This document shows, in pieces, positions 10,991-23,484 of a DNA stretch of 64,000 nucleotides. Position 1 is the stretch's first letter, and each line of letters opens with the position of its first letter. The translations under genes were made by a program, and so were the position numbers. The DNA is from Camelus ferus (lineage: Eukaryota): contig NC_045697.1 of NCBI RefSeq assembly GCF_009834535.1, forward strand, positions 51,958,001 to 52,022,000, in the 5' to 3' direction. A model generated the notes under the pieces. That model was not told where the DNA came from. It did not search any database and worked only from the letters and a program-made list of their open reading frames with translations.

Positions 10991-12627
10991 TTTCATCTAG
11001 AACATGTTCCTCTGCTGCCTTATTTTGTCTAAGTTGCTGTTGGTATTTTTATGTATGAATTAGTTACATTCTTGACCTCAGAGAAGGGGCCTCTATAGGA
11101 GATGTCTTCTGAATCCTGGCAGTGCACTCCTCTCTCATCGCCTCTCTAGGGATTCCCCCTAAAAGGACTGCATGGGTCCTTCTGCTGTGGCAGGCTAGGT
11201 TGGCACCTAAGGCCCTGCCTTGTGTGGATGCTGTGGCTGCTGATTAGCCGGGCCTGGTCACAAGGCAGCCAGCTGCAGAAGCCTAGGACCCTTGGAACGC
11301 GTGCTGGCTCCCTGGTGGGTGGAGCCGGGGTCCTGAAGACTCCAGGGCTGTTGCCTGCCCACAGGCTGCAGCAGAAAGCCAGGTCCTAGGGTTAGTGCCA
11401 AACTCCTGGCAGGCTCTGGAGTCTAGCTGCAGGGCCCAGGGATCCCAGGACTGGTGTCAGGTCACTTTGAGGGGGGATAGGTCCTGACACAGTTGTTCTG
11501 GGGGCTTGTCTTCCTGATGCAGGACCCCCAGACTGCGAAGACTGACAAGTGGCTCAGAACTCCCACTCCTGTGGGGGAACCTCCATAACATATGGGGTCT
11601 GGGATGTAACGAAGCTCACACTGGCCTACTAGTGGGCAGGGCCAGGGCCCAGCTGGTCCAAGGGTAGCATCTGGCCTATTGTGGGTGGGCTGGCTCCAGA
11701 GGCTGCAGGACTGTGGCTTTTGTGGGTCTGCTGTCTGCCCCCTGGTGGGTGAAGCTGGTCTAGAGGCTTGTGCAGGCTTCCTGGAGGGCAGGGCCAGTGC
11801 CTGCCCACTGGTGGGGGGAGCTGGGTCTTGGCCCTCTGGCGTGCAGGGCCTTGTACTGAAGCTTGTTTAGAGGCTGCTGTGGGCTCAGGAAGTAGTCGGC
11901 TGGTGGGTGGGGCTGTGTCTCCACCCAATCAGTTGTCTGGCCTGAGGTGTCCCTTCACTGGCGCTCAAAGGCAGTTGGGTGGGGCCAGGTGTTGGCACTA
12001 ATGAGCTGGAAGGCGGATCTCACCTTGTTGCCTGCCAGAACCGCTTCCAAGCTGCGGAAGGAGCTTGCGAGTATGGCTGCCGCTGGCGTCTTTGTCCCCG
12101 GGGTGAGCCGCAGCCACCCCTCACCTCTCCAGGAGACCCTCCAAAATGAGCAGGTAGGTCTGGCTCATGCTTCTGTCAAATTATCGCTTTTGCCGTGGGT
12201 CTCGGTGCAAGTGAGGTTTTGTATGCGCATTTAGGAGTGAAGTCTCTATTTCCTCCAGTCCTGTGGGGCTCCTGAAATTAAGCCCTGCTGGCCTTCAAAA
12301 CCAAATGTTCTGGGGGCTTGTCTTCCTAGTGCAGGACCCCCAGACTGGGAAGCCCGACGCAGGGCTCAGAACTCACTCCTGCGGGAGAACCTCAGCAGTG
12401 TAGTTATTCTCCAGTTTGTGGGTCGCCCACCTGGGATATGAGGCTTGCTTATATCACAAGTCCACCCCTCCTACCGGGCTCATTGTGGTTCCTGCTTTGT
12501 GTGTTAAGTTGTAAATGTCTTCTGGTGGGTTTCAGTCTCTTTCACGGACAGTTGTTCTGTAGGTAGTTGTGATTTTGTTGTACTTCTGAGAGGAAGTAAG
12601 CTGAAGGTCTTCTGTCCTTATTTACAT

Positions 12628-13184
12628 CAGTGTGGTTTTAATTTGCATTTCCCTAATGATAATGGTGGTGAGCATGTTTCCATGTGTTTATTTGCTATGT
12701 ATGTATCTTTAGTGGGTGTTTGTTTAAATCTTTTGCCAAGCTTTCCCTGGGTTGTTTGTTTTCTTAATATTGAATTTTGCGAGATTTTTTAATATAGTCT
12801 GGATGCAATTCATTTATCAGATGTGTGGTTTGCAAACATTTTCTCCCAATCTGTCCTTCACCAGTTTTCTCCGACAAAATACCCTCTCCAGGTGTTCACT
12901 GCACTCTTGGCGTCTCTAAATTTTTTCAGCAGTGGGTGGTGGAAGGTCAGCTAAGACCTACTGAATCAGTTATTAACCTTCACCTTTATATGTCCTAGTT
13001 AGGTTGTATATCAGTAAGGGTTCAGTCAGGCTTTTGAAGAGCTGAAGTTCTCAGTTTTTATCAAATCCAATTTATGAATTTTATCTTTTCCAAACCCAGA
13101 TAACAAATAGTTTCTCTTATTTTTGTCTTTTTTATTGTTGAAGTTTGACATTAGGTCTCTGATCCATTTTAAGTTAATTTTTGT
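12628..13184 (-). mobile_element. Ancient L1M ORF2 3' fragment(s)
   Basis: GTGGTTTTAATTTGCATTTCCCTAATG...TTTGCAAACATTTTCTCCCA...TCTGATCCATTTTAAGTTAATTTTTGT. Confidence 0.7.
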
Positions 13185-13940
13185 CCCAGCATCATGTTGC
13201 CTTTATGAATGTAGCTGTATAGAAAGCCTAAGCAACAAGTAGAGTGATTCCTTCCACTTTATCCTTCTTTTTAAAGTTGTTTTATTCTAGACCCTGTGCC
13301 TTTCCATGTAAAGGTTAGAATAAAGTTGCCTATGTCCACAAAAAATCCTTGTGTGGATTTTGATAGAAATGCAATAAATGTGTAGATCAATGTGGGGATA
13401 GACACATACATCAGTGGAACAGAATAGAGAACCCAGAAACAGACCCACACAAATGTGTCCAACTGTTTTTTGACAAATATGCAGAAGCAATTTAATAGAA
13501 TTATGCTGAGCTGAAAAGATCAATCTCAAAAATTTTCATGTTATGTGATTTTTTTATATAACATTCTAGAGATCACAAAATTCTAGAAATGGAGACTATA
13601 TTAGTGGTTTCCAGGGCTTAAGGAGGCTGGAGAGTGGGAGGTGGCTGTTGCTGTGGATGGGTAGCGTGAGGGATCCTTGTGATGAAATTGTTCAGTATTC
13701 TGACAGCTGTGGTGGTCAAACAAATCTGCACATATTATAAAATTGCATATAACTAAATGTGTAAACACACAGAAGAGTACATGAAACTGGTAAAATCTGA
13801 GCAATTCCAATGGTTGCAGTTTTATACTATAGTTATGTAAGATGTTACATTTTGGGAAACTTGGTAAACAGTATCTCTCTGTATTATTTCTAATAACTGT
13901 GTGTGAATCTACAGTTAACTCAAGACAAAATGTTTAAAAA
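13185..13940 (+). mobile_element. L1MC1/2-like 3' end with an inverted 5' segment (13185-13398)
   Basis: From 13399 the plus strand reads TAGACACATACATCAGTGGAACAGAATAGAG and ends in an L1MC-type 3'UTR (...GTGTGAATCTACAGTTAACTCAAGACAAAA). The preceding ~210 bp is the upstream ORF2 segment in reverse. Confidence 0.72.
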
Positions 13941-15233
13941 GAATGGAAGAGAAATGATTCGATCTTATTTACCTTTGTTTCTTGAGTTCCTGGGGGGAAA
14001 AATATTGTATGCGTTCATGTACTACTGTTTGGATGATAGCGTTTTAAAACCTGTTAGTGGTATTATGCATGCAAATTCTCACTCTAAAATAAAGCATACA
14101 GCCAGTGAGTCAACATGATCAACTTTCATTACAAATTAGCTACAATTAAGAAATAAAAGCATGCTTTTTAAAATTATGTTTGAGTGATGGATAAGACAGC
14201 CCATTATGGAAGAACTTCAAAAAACTAAAACATGATCATTTATGTCTAATAAATTATGACATGTCCTATAGAACAAACATTAAGAGACAACACATCAATT
14301 ATACTTTTATAAGGATCAGATACCATTATTTTCCCAAGTTTTATGCACTTTTTGTTTTTAATACAAGAGTGGTTCTATAAAGAAAAGAGGAAATGTCACC
14401 ACCATATCACCCCAACACATATACACAATATAAATGACCTTTAAAATCCAGAGATTGAAATTGAGATTGAAAACTAAACGTAATTTACGCTCACTTTATC
14501 TGACTGAAATATCCTCTAGGCAAATCTATTTTTTATAAGAATACGTCATTTAATACTGGCTCCCTAAGAGCTAAAATGTGTGAAAAACTGCCATAGCAAA
14601 ACAGGCAAATGAAATGAAGTGAAAATTAAAGCCTCGGGGAGAATTTGCCTTAGAAATCAGGACACATCTGTGCCAAGAGATATGCTGGTTCCAGATGGAG
14701 CCCTCATCTGAGCAGTGAGCTCCTGCAGTGAAGGTTTTAAGTGGGTGCCTATCAGGCTCCGCAGCACTTCCAGCTTGAGTGTTAAAGACTGGCAAGATGA
14801 ACGACATTTAGGGGTGCTAATTAATATTCTACCTCCTTTTAAAAGAACTTCATTTGCCCCAGGACTGAAATCATGGAGAGAATGTTAATTGTGTGCTCCC
14901 TCATTAAAGGTCATTTGGAAAGAGGGTCGCAAGAGACCTCAGTTATGTGAGTGTGGTGATTAGGAGAGTGGTTGAATGTTCCTTCTCTTTATATGTAATT
15001 CTACCTTTTATTAGATTTAGCAGTAAATTGTCCATTTACCTGGCCCAACACAGCCCCTGGAAGAGGTGGTAGGTGTGCTCAAAGTATTTCTATAATATGT
15101 TATATAGGGAGCAGGTGTTTTCCTAATAGTAGTTTATGCTGCGAACAGAAACATAATATATTCAGTGTCAAGTACCTGGGTTACATTGGTAAAAGCCTGG
15201 AAGAAAGGAACTCAGGGAAGAAGTGTTTTTAAA

Positions 15234-15307
15234 AAAATGTTTTTATCGAAGTATAGTTGATTTACAATGTTGTATTAATTTCTAGTTTACAGCAAATTGA
15301 TTCAGAT

Positions 15308-15346
<39 letters not shown>

Positions 15347-15543
15347 ATATGTATTCTTTTTCAGATTCTTTTCCATTATACTTTATTACAAGATGTTGAA
15401 TGTCATTCCTAGTGCTATACAGTGCGACCTTGTTTATCTATTTTATATATAGTAGTTTGTATCTGCTAATCTCAAACTCCTAATTTCTCTCTCTCCCCTT
15501 TCCCCTTCGGTGAATATATGTTTGTTTCTATGTCTGAGTCTGT
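15234..15543 (-). mobile_element. 5'-truncated artiodactyl-type L1 3' end containing a (TG)n microsatellite
   Basis: GAAGTATAGTTGATTTACAATGTTG terminus; probable TSD 15214-15233 / 15544-15563 (17/20 identical); (TG)n at ~15316-15338. Confidence 0.82.
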
Positions 15544-17364
15544 AGGAAAGGAGTATTTTTAAATAGAATGAATATGAGGATGCACATAGAGGTGAATAAT
15601 GGAAACCTAGAGACATATAAAAAAGATGATTATTTTTAAAAAACATTTTGTCCTACATACCTGGGCAAGTCATTACTAGATAACGTGGGGGTGGAGAAAA
15701 CACTTTCTCATTTTGAAGAAAATAGAAGATTCCACTTAGGTAATTTATTACTTTGTAATTAGAAGGGCAATATTTACTTACACTTTCTTGAAATTCTGTT
15801 TGCTGTAGGCAGCAACATTGAACAGACATTTTAAATATGTTTTGCTGACAGTGCATACGGCTTCTTTAATTACCGTTTATGATTACATCATGGACCTACC
15901 ATCTAAGAGAGCAGCAAAAGTGAGTGATGAGTGTTCCTTTTCCCTGGATGACTCTCCCTCTGTCATGGCTTGGGTACATTAGGTTGTATTTATGCTAAAA
16001 TGACTTGATCACTCTCAAGCCTGCCTTTTTGTCTAGCACTCACTTACCAATTTTCCTAAAGACTACTTTCTGTCTTTAGTCATATTGGCTCCTGTCTCCA
16101 CTTTTCAATGTATCTGTACTTGCTAAGGCCACTTCCTAACAGTCAAAGCCAATGGCTTCTTTTCAGTCTGAATCTTGACTTCTTATCTGGTCTAACACAT
16201 TTGATGCTTAAGATTCATTTTGGGGGTACGTGCTTGGTGCGGGGGGTAGTTCGTATGCAGTTTTCTTAAAATGAAATATAAGTGAATATGTAAAATCAGT
16301 TTTATTAGAATATAACAGTTTGGTTATAAGGAAGATAAAATAATGAGCTTTTCCTAAATATATATACAAAATAATGATCTTTTACCCAATTTTCTTTCCT
16401 CTTGCAGTCAGTCTCTTCAGAGTATTTTTTTTTCCAAGACATAGATGAAATTAGGTTATTTCATTCTTTAAAATACAAAAATAAATTGGTGATAAACTGA
16501 AGGAAAAAGTCTCACAGAGAAGCATTTGATGACTTGCTGCATTTGGCATTTGCCTATCTTTCTAGACGTAGGCCCTCTAGCCTCGGTGGCCCTTTTGCTA
16601 TTTCCAAACACAGAGTATTTCATTCATTCCTCCCCGCCTTGGCTGTGCTGTCTGCTCTTTTTTAGGATGCGCTCTTTCTCACAGCCACAGGCTGCAACTC
16701 AGTCTTTAAAATTTGATGAAATGTCAGTTCCTGCATGACCCTCTGATCTTAGCAGTTAACGGCGCTCTTCCCCATGAATCCACAGCCTCTGCTGGGTGAG
16801 ATTGCCAAACAGTTTTGACATGTATTGCATTCAAGTTTCTGAAACATGTTAGCTTATGAGAAACACTGGGGTGGGGAGGTTGTGTAAAAAAAAAAATGCA
16901 AATTCTTGGAGAAGTAACGACCAATCTGTTGAATCATAATTTCTGTGGAGGATGTCCAGAATTATGTTTTTCTCATCAAGTTTCAACATTATTTGCCTCT
17001 AATATTTTACGACAGGTACTGCATAAAAATAACAGAAATAAAAGAAAACCTCCTTGACTCGTCCTAAGATTTTATCAATATTGTCATTTATTCGTAAAAC
17101 TTTATTTTCATTCACAAGTGTATTTAATGATTACATATTTACAATATCATTGATATATTTTGTATTCCACTCCCTGATTAGTTTATGCACTGGATATTTT
17201 ACGTGTGGCTACAGTTTTCTCCTCTACTTCCTTCCCAATTCTCACTCCCTCGACCATTATTACCTGCTGTGTGAGACTACTGTGCGTCACTTCAAAACTT
17301 TCTCCATCTTTGATTCTGTAGTAACATACACACATATGTGTGTGTGTTTGTGTGTAAGTTTTAA

Positions 17365-18660
17365 ATAAACATTTTATTTTAGAATAGTTTTAGATTTACA
17401 GAAAAATTAAGAGGTTAGTGCACAGAGTTCCCATTTACTCCAAACTCAGTTTTACCTATTAATGTTTTATATCAGTATGGTACATTTGTTAAAATTCCTG
17501 GACCAAGACTGATGCATTATTATTTAACTAACATTCGTATTTCCTTTGTTTGTACCTAATGTCCTTTTCTGTTCCAGAATCCCACTCACAATACCACAAT
17601 ATAGTTAACGGTCACACTTCCTTAGGGCTCTCTTGGATGTAACAGTTTTTCAGATTTTCATTGTTTTTGATAACCTCGAGATTTTTGAACAGTACTGGTC
17701 ATGTACTTTTTAGAATGTCCCTCAAAATGATGTTTATGTCATGTTTTTCTCATGATTAAATTGGGGTTATGGGCTTGGGGGATGAACCACAGAAACAAAG
17801 TGTCATTCTCATCACATCATCATCAAAGGTATCTACCATTAGTATGACTATCACATTTGACATTGACTCTAATCACCTGACTGAGGTAGTGTTGCTCAGG
17901 TTTCTCCACCATCAAGTTACCCTTTCTGCCCCGTCCCCTTTTCACAGTGTACTCTTTGGAAGGAAGTTACCATGCTTAGTCCACTCTTAAGGAGTAGGGC
18001 TTTATGCTCCAGCTCCTTGAAGTTGAAGTAGCTAGCTATATAAATCATTTGGAACTCTCCTGCATGAGGAAGCTGTCTCTTCTTTCCCATTTATTTATTT
18101 ATTCAGTTGTTTGTTTCTATTAAGATGGACTCATAAGTGTCTGTCTTATATTTTGAGTTATAATTCAATACAGACTCATTTATTTTTTTTGCCCCGATTA
18201 TTTCAGTTTTGGCCATTGGGAGCTCTTGAAGTTATTTCCTATAATATGTACCCCCCGCCCTTTTTCGGATGGGGGGGCATGTACTTACTTTTGGCACTGT
18301 GAGGTGCTTCAGGCTCACCTTGTGTGATTTCTTGCCCCAGGCCTATAATCAGCCTCTTCTCTGAGGAGCCCTGGTTATTAGAGAATGGTGTTAGAAGCCA
18401 AGCGCTGGGCCTGGGTGCACTCACTGCTACTGGGGAAGGGAAAGAACAGATGGTCCAAGCCCTCTTAGCTGTCGAGCAAGGAGCTACATATACGCACACT
18501 AACCCCTGTGTATACACACGTCTGTAAATGTTTCTACATGTAACCATGTTTGTCTGTATTTAGCTAAATGTGAATTCATAGTGATGTCTCCACTAATCTA
18601 TCACCATAGGCACCATTCTAGACTCTCTCCTTGCTTGTCTGTAATCTCTCACTTACAGGG
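17365..18660 (-). mobile_element. L1MC4-like 3' end
   Basis: TTTTAGAATAGTTTTAGATTTACAGAAAAATT...TTTTTCTCATGATTAAATTGGGGTTATGGG...CTTTGGAAGGAAGTTACCATGC, as recalled for L1MC3/4. Confidence 0.72.
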
Positions 18661-18834
18661 ATTTTTTTTGAATCATTCACTTAAATGTGACATCATATAA
18701 TCTGTTCTGCATCTTTTTTGCCTTTAAAATATTTCTGAGAACTAATTCCAGTTTAACTGAAATAGCTATAAACGGCACTTTGATTGATACAGGCTGTTCC
18801 ATGTTGCAGATACACTCCAATCCAAGAGGAGACC

Positions 18835-19200
18835 CATTTCAGTTGTGTTTAACACTGAGAGAGATTTAAGGCATATGTTACTGGAAAATACAGAAGTAGG
18901 GGCAACATCAGAGTTGGTTTTATTTAGTAGCTTAGCATCAGAAAGAAACTGGTTTCTGTCTGTCTGCAGGTGTCTTCCATCATGTCTACTTATTCTAAGG
19001 ATGGCTACCTTTCACGTTTCCAGTGTGGCTCTCAGTCACTCCTCACAACTACATCCAGGGAGAAAGGGTTTATCAAAAGCATCTGCTCAAAAGAGACAGA
19101 AAACTTCTTTCCCAGAAGATCCCAGGAAAACTCCATTAGTCTCGTTGATTTGAATCAGTAATATGATGATCCTTGAGCTCATATCAGGTGATGATATTAC
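18835..19200 (-). mobile_element. Old MaLR LTR fragment (MLT1J/K-like)
   Basis: Weak similarity (ATGGCTACC...CTTCTTTCCCAGAAGATCCCAG...TAGTCTCGTTGATTTGAATC). Confidence 0.4.
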
Positions 19201-19204
19201 ACTG

Positions 19205-19372
19205 ATCAGCTAATATGGTAGACGCTAGCCACTTGTGGCTACTTTAATTAAATAAAATAATTTAATTTTCTTAGTCACACTAGCCGCATTTCAAGCACTC
19301 AGTAGCTTACTGGCTGCTGGCTACTATATTGGATATTTCCATCATTGCAGAAAGTTCTAATTCATAGTACTG
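19205..19372. mobile_element. MER3-like hAT-Charlie MITE
   Basis: AATATGGTAGACGCTAGCCACTTGTGGCTA...GTCACACTAGCCGCATTTCAAGCACTCAGTAGC...ATTTCCATCATTGCAGAAAGTTCTA. Confidence 0.75.
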
Positions 19373-19829
19373 ATGAGGCCTCAATTATACATCTCCTGCT
19401 TAAAACTGTCACCATCTTTCAAAGAGCATAGACTAGTGGCATGGATCAAGGGAGGTATAGACAGGGAAAACTGCCAAATAAAAATAAAGTTGTTTCTAGG
19501 AAAACGGATATGAATATTAAGGAAGCAATCACAAGGTCCATTACAAGCATACAATTGGTTTTTCAATCACCATTCTGTTGTCATGCATTGACTTTACCTC
19601 TGTTCCTTAGACCTACACGTTGTAATCCACAGTCTTGGATGCATATCCTTACATTCTTGTGTTGTGTTTTCCTAGGGAATGGATTCCTTGGAGTAAAATG
19701 TGGGGCCAAAGAATACATATCATTTTGATTTCAATAGATAGTGTGTGATTACCCTCTAAAGTGTCCTTAATTCCCATTTCAATGAGTAGTACATGAGGAA
19801 GGCCTCTTAGCTTTGCTGCTGACAGCAGT

Positions 19830-20094
19830 GAGGCAGTTTGACACAGTGGTTAAAGCCACAGTCTCTGGAGCCAGGCTGCTTGGGTTCACATTCTAGCTTT
19901 GCAACTTTTTAACTGTGACTTTGAGCAAATTACTAAAACTCCATGTTCCTCAGATTAACCAGGTGTGAAACGGGAATGGTACTAATAGCACTTAAGTCAT
20001 CGACTTGTTATGAAGAATAAGTGAGTTCATATATGTGGAGCATGAGAACAGCACTGAGCATGTAATCAGTGCTTCATAATGTCAGCTGTTATTA
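19830..20094 (+). mobile_element. Near full-length MIR
   Basis: tRNA-like head CAGTGGTTAAAG...CTGGAGCCAGGCTGCTTGGGTTCACATTCTAGC, MIR core and ...GCTGTTATTA tail. Confidence 0.8.
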
Positions 20095-21274
20095 AGGGAA
20101 ATGAGTATGTTCACCCCTTCTGATCTTTACCAATATGCTATATGAAAAGTATTACCTAATTTTTAATTTAATTTCTAGTTCTTTATTGCTAGGTTGAACA
20201 TATTTCCATACGGTGTTTGCCTATTTAGATTAATTTTGCTGTAAACTACCTATTTACATCTCAAGCAGTATTTCTATTGAATTGATTGTCATTTCTTTAT
20301 TAATTTATAGAAATATTCTGTACATTAAATATCTACCTCCAAAAGTTGGGGTTTCCAATCCAAAAGTTTTTTTTCCTCCAATCTGTGGAAAGGCTTTTTG
20401 ACTATATTACATCTTTCATCAACATTGTTTATTTTCTTGTCTTACTGCAAATGCTTTGGAACTTTCATGTGGAATAATAGATACAACGCCTGCAGTGGTC
20501 CCTTATTCCTATTTTAATAAAAATGGCTTAAATAATCCACTTCTTATAATTTTTTCAGTTGGACTTTGGTGAAGACTATTGTAGTTACATAATTTTTATT
20601 TATTCCTTCATTTTTTAGCACATTGATTAGGAAAGACTCAAATTTTATGAAATGCCTTTTAGTATGCAATGATAAAATTAGTTTTTAAAATTGTTGGTTG
20701 TGTTACTATAATGACTCATTTTGATAATCGACTATTAAATACCTTTGCATTCATAGGGTGTTCTTTTATAGGTCAGACTCCCTTGTTCCTTTGACACACA
20801 GATAATCTTCAGATTTCTAGAAAAAAAATCTGTAGTCGTAAATGAGATTAGTCAAACGTGAGATTTAGGTAGTCTTCACAAGTCATAGCATTAGTGTTAG
20901 GCTATTCTTTGCTTTCCTTATTAGAATAGCTTAAATAGCCTTGATATTATTTATTCTTCAAAAGAGCAAAAAAATAATAGAGTACTTTTATGCCACTCCC
21001 TGATCTATGTGCTTTGCTCTTATTGTGACACTCAGTCCTTATGATGTTCCTTATTAGTTAGAAGCTGTACTTATCATCTCAATGTCAAAACTGAGGAAAT
21101 TTGAAAATAAATGAAATAGTATGTGTCCAAAGACATGCAGCCAATCAAGGAAGAGTCATGCATGAAGCTGAGGCTGTCAAATTCCAGAAACTTAGACTTA
21201 ACCACTGCTCTACGCTGTGTCAACTAGACCCAACTTTCTTCCAATGAAATCGGTCTACTTGAGTTTTCTACTTT

Positions 21275-21815
21275 GTTCATTTATACTCATTTGTTAATTG
21301 ATCCATTCTGTGTGTATTTGTTAAATGCCTGCCATGTGTCCCTCTCTGATCTACACACTGGGGATACAGCAGTAAACCAAATACTCTCAGAGGTGGGGAG
21401 AGATAATTAATAAGTAAATGCATAATATGCAAGGCGAAATATTAAGTCAGGGTAGGGGGGTAGGAATTGCAGGGTAGTGGTGATTGCTGTTTCACATATG
21501 GTCAGCAGGGGGCTGGCTGATGAGCTGAGACTTGAGCAGATTCTTAAGGCAGTGCAATGGTGAGCCTTCTGGAGATTGGGTAGGGCGAACTTAGGACTAG
21601 GTTTGCTTGGGATGGTTCCAGAATCCAGCTGCTGTCTCTGTGTGATTATTACAGCACGCTGTTTTGTTCTCCAGTACAAACTGCGGAGTTCATCTATCAC
21701 TTGGGGGAGGCTGCCCCCAGCAGAAGGAATTGAGACTGTGAAGGGTGGTGGGATGGGTTCAGTGAAGAGCAAATAGACCACGTTGGCTGGAATGGAGTGC
21801 ACTAGAGGAAAATGT
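21275..21815 (-). mobile_element. L2 3' region
   Basis: TTCATTTATACTCATTTG...TATTTGTTAAATGCCTGCCATGTGTC...CTGGGGATACAGCAGTAAAC. Confidence 0.65.
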
Positions 21816-22125
21816 GTTATCTCCTTGGGTAAATTGGTAAATTTTTATTATTTATGTTATTATAGGATGAGAAATCATTTTTGTCAGAATTAAATATTTA
21901 TGTTAACACATGACTAGCAGTTTCTTTAAAATCATTAATATTGGATGTTTATTCCTCTTAAGTTGTCGGGGAAGACAGCTTTCTTCAGATCAAGGACATA
22001 TTTCTTTCTTATTTATTTAATAATTGCTTATTATTTCTCCATTCTTTTTATCCTTCTAGAATAATACTATTTGCATTTTAGGTATCCATTAGTTTCCCCT
22101 CATATTTTATCCCTTTGATTTTTTA

Positions 22126-22271
22126 GATTTTTAGGTTTTTTGGGGGGAGGGGAGGGAGGTAATTAGGTTTATTTATTTATTTACTTTTTTTTAGAGGAGG
22201 TGCTGGGGATGGAACCCAGGACCCCTTGCATGCTAAGCTTGTGCTCTGCTACTTTGAGCTACACCCTCCCC
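22126..22271 (-). mobile_element. Vic-1-type tRNA-derived SINE (camelid), full head and A-rich tail
   Basis: Minus strand GGGGAGGGTGTAGCTCAAAGTAGCAGAGCACAAGCTTAGCATGCAAGGGGTCCTGGGTTCCATCCCCAGCACCTCC followed by (TAAA)n and ACCTAATTACCTCCC; flanked by TGATTTTTT repeats (likely TSD). Confidence 0.85.
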
Positions 22272-22937
22272 TCTGATTTTTTTTTAGTGAACTATTTCTT
22301 TAACTTGATGTTCTGGGTCACAGATTCAATTCTCAGTTACTACCATTAACTCTTTTCACTTGCCTACAGAATGATTTAATTCCAAGAGAATGATTTTTTT
22401 GCAGTCTTTTCTTACATGCTGACTTAAATTTTTTTTAAATGTTCTTGATATTGTTTTTGTGCAAATTGTCTGTGTCATGTCCAGTAGTGCTGTTTTTCTC
22501 TGAGTTGCCTGTGCTGGTGGTTTTGTTTTAGGTTCCTCTCTCTGACCACTGACACCCTTAAATGAATTGGCCTTGCCCTCTGTCATCTGCCTGCTCATGT
22601 CCCTGTTCGTGTCTGGCAAGTGGGGCGAGGCTGTGGGCGTCTCTCCAGCAGCAGTACAGCTGTGGGGCAGGAGCAGGGAACCAGAGTCCCCCCGCTGTGG
22701 GCGAGTGCTCTGCTCGTCTGCAAGCCGTGAGCCTTTGCTGAGGCACTGACACCCTTTTATTCCTAGATGTCTCTAGTGATGAGCATCAGTATTTCTTAGT
22801 CTCAAGCACAGGGATCGGTATAGCGCTCCTATGAAAACTCTGTCATTCCACTGGGGTGATAAATGTCCTCCGTAATTTGCCTATATCATCAATTTTATTT
22901 TTCCTTATCACCCATTTCTTCTCGAGCACCGGTACTC

Positions 22938-23484
22938 CTGATGGATGAAATTACTGTTTCTAAAGTAGCTCCTGGGGACCTCTGCCTCCTAGTATCTATG
23001 CCCTTGTGTAATCTGCCCACTGTCTTCCTTAAATAGGTGCCGGACCTCATGACTTGCTCTTAATGGATAGAATATGACAAAAGTCACGGAAGTCACTTCT
23101 GAGATTAGGGTACAGAGGACCGTGACTTCCATGTTGCTCACGCTCTTTCTCTGGCCCTTCCTTGCTTATTCTGATGAAGCAAGCTGACAAGTTGTAAGCT
23201 GCCTAGAGAGAGCAGCAAGGAACTGGGGGGTGGGGGACCTTGGGCCAAGAGCCCACAAGAAACTAGATCTTTCCAACTCCCTTGTGAGTGGGCTTGGAAG
23301 CAGATTCTTCCCCTGCTGTGCCGCCAGATGGCACAGCTCTGGTGCTGACCTTTGCTGCCGGCTTGGGAGGGATTGGGAGTCAGAGGACATGGCATACCCG
23401 GCTCCTGACCCGCAGAAGCTGTCAGATAAATGCCTTAAGCCACTAAGTTTTGAGATAATTTGTCTGCAGCAGTAGATAGCTAAC
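22938..23484 (+). mobile_element. MLT1F-like MaLR solo LTR
   Basis: CTCTGCCTCCTAGTATCTATGCCCTTGTGTAATC...GTCACTTCTGAGATTAGG...TTAAGCCACTAAGTTTTGAGATAATTTGTCTGCAGCAGTAGATAGCTAACA. Confidence 0.8.

Larger units (their letters stand above)
8106..12617 (-). mobile_element. L1 with 5'UTR (~11000-12617), ORF1 start, a large internal deletion at ~10152, ORF2 3' part and 3'UTR/poly(A); interrupted by an LTR
   Basis: Frameshifted ORF2 fragments 9801-10172 ([14 protein letters not shown]), 9464-9808, 8713-9015 (cysteine-rich region) and 8452-8694 (ends HMISLICGI*). Poly(T) at 8106-8133; GC-rich 5'UTR. Confidence 0.9.

Noticed and set aside
11629..12234. GC-rich ORFs and an apparent CpG island
   Set aside because: They lie inside the L1 5'UTR; not a host gene or host promoter.
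22195..22271. Possible tRNA-Ala gene (also 3128-3191)
   Set aside because: Degenerate stems, an A-rich tail and flanking repeats indicate SINEs, not tRNA genes.
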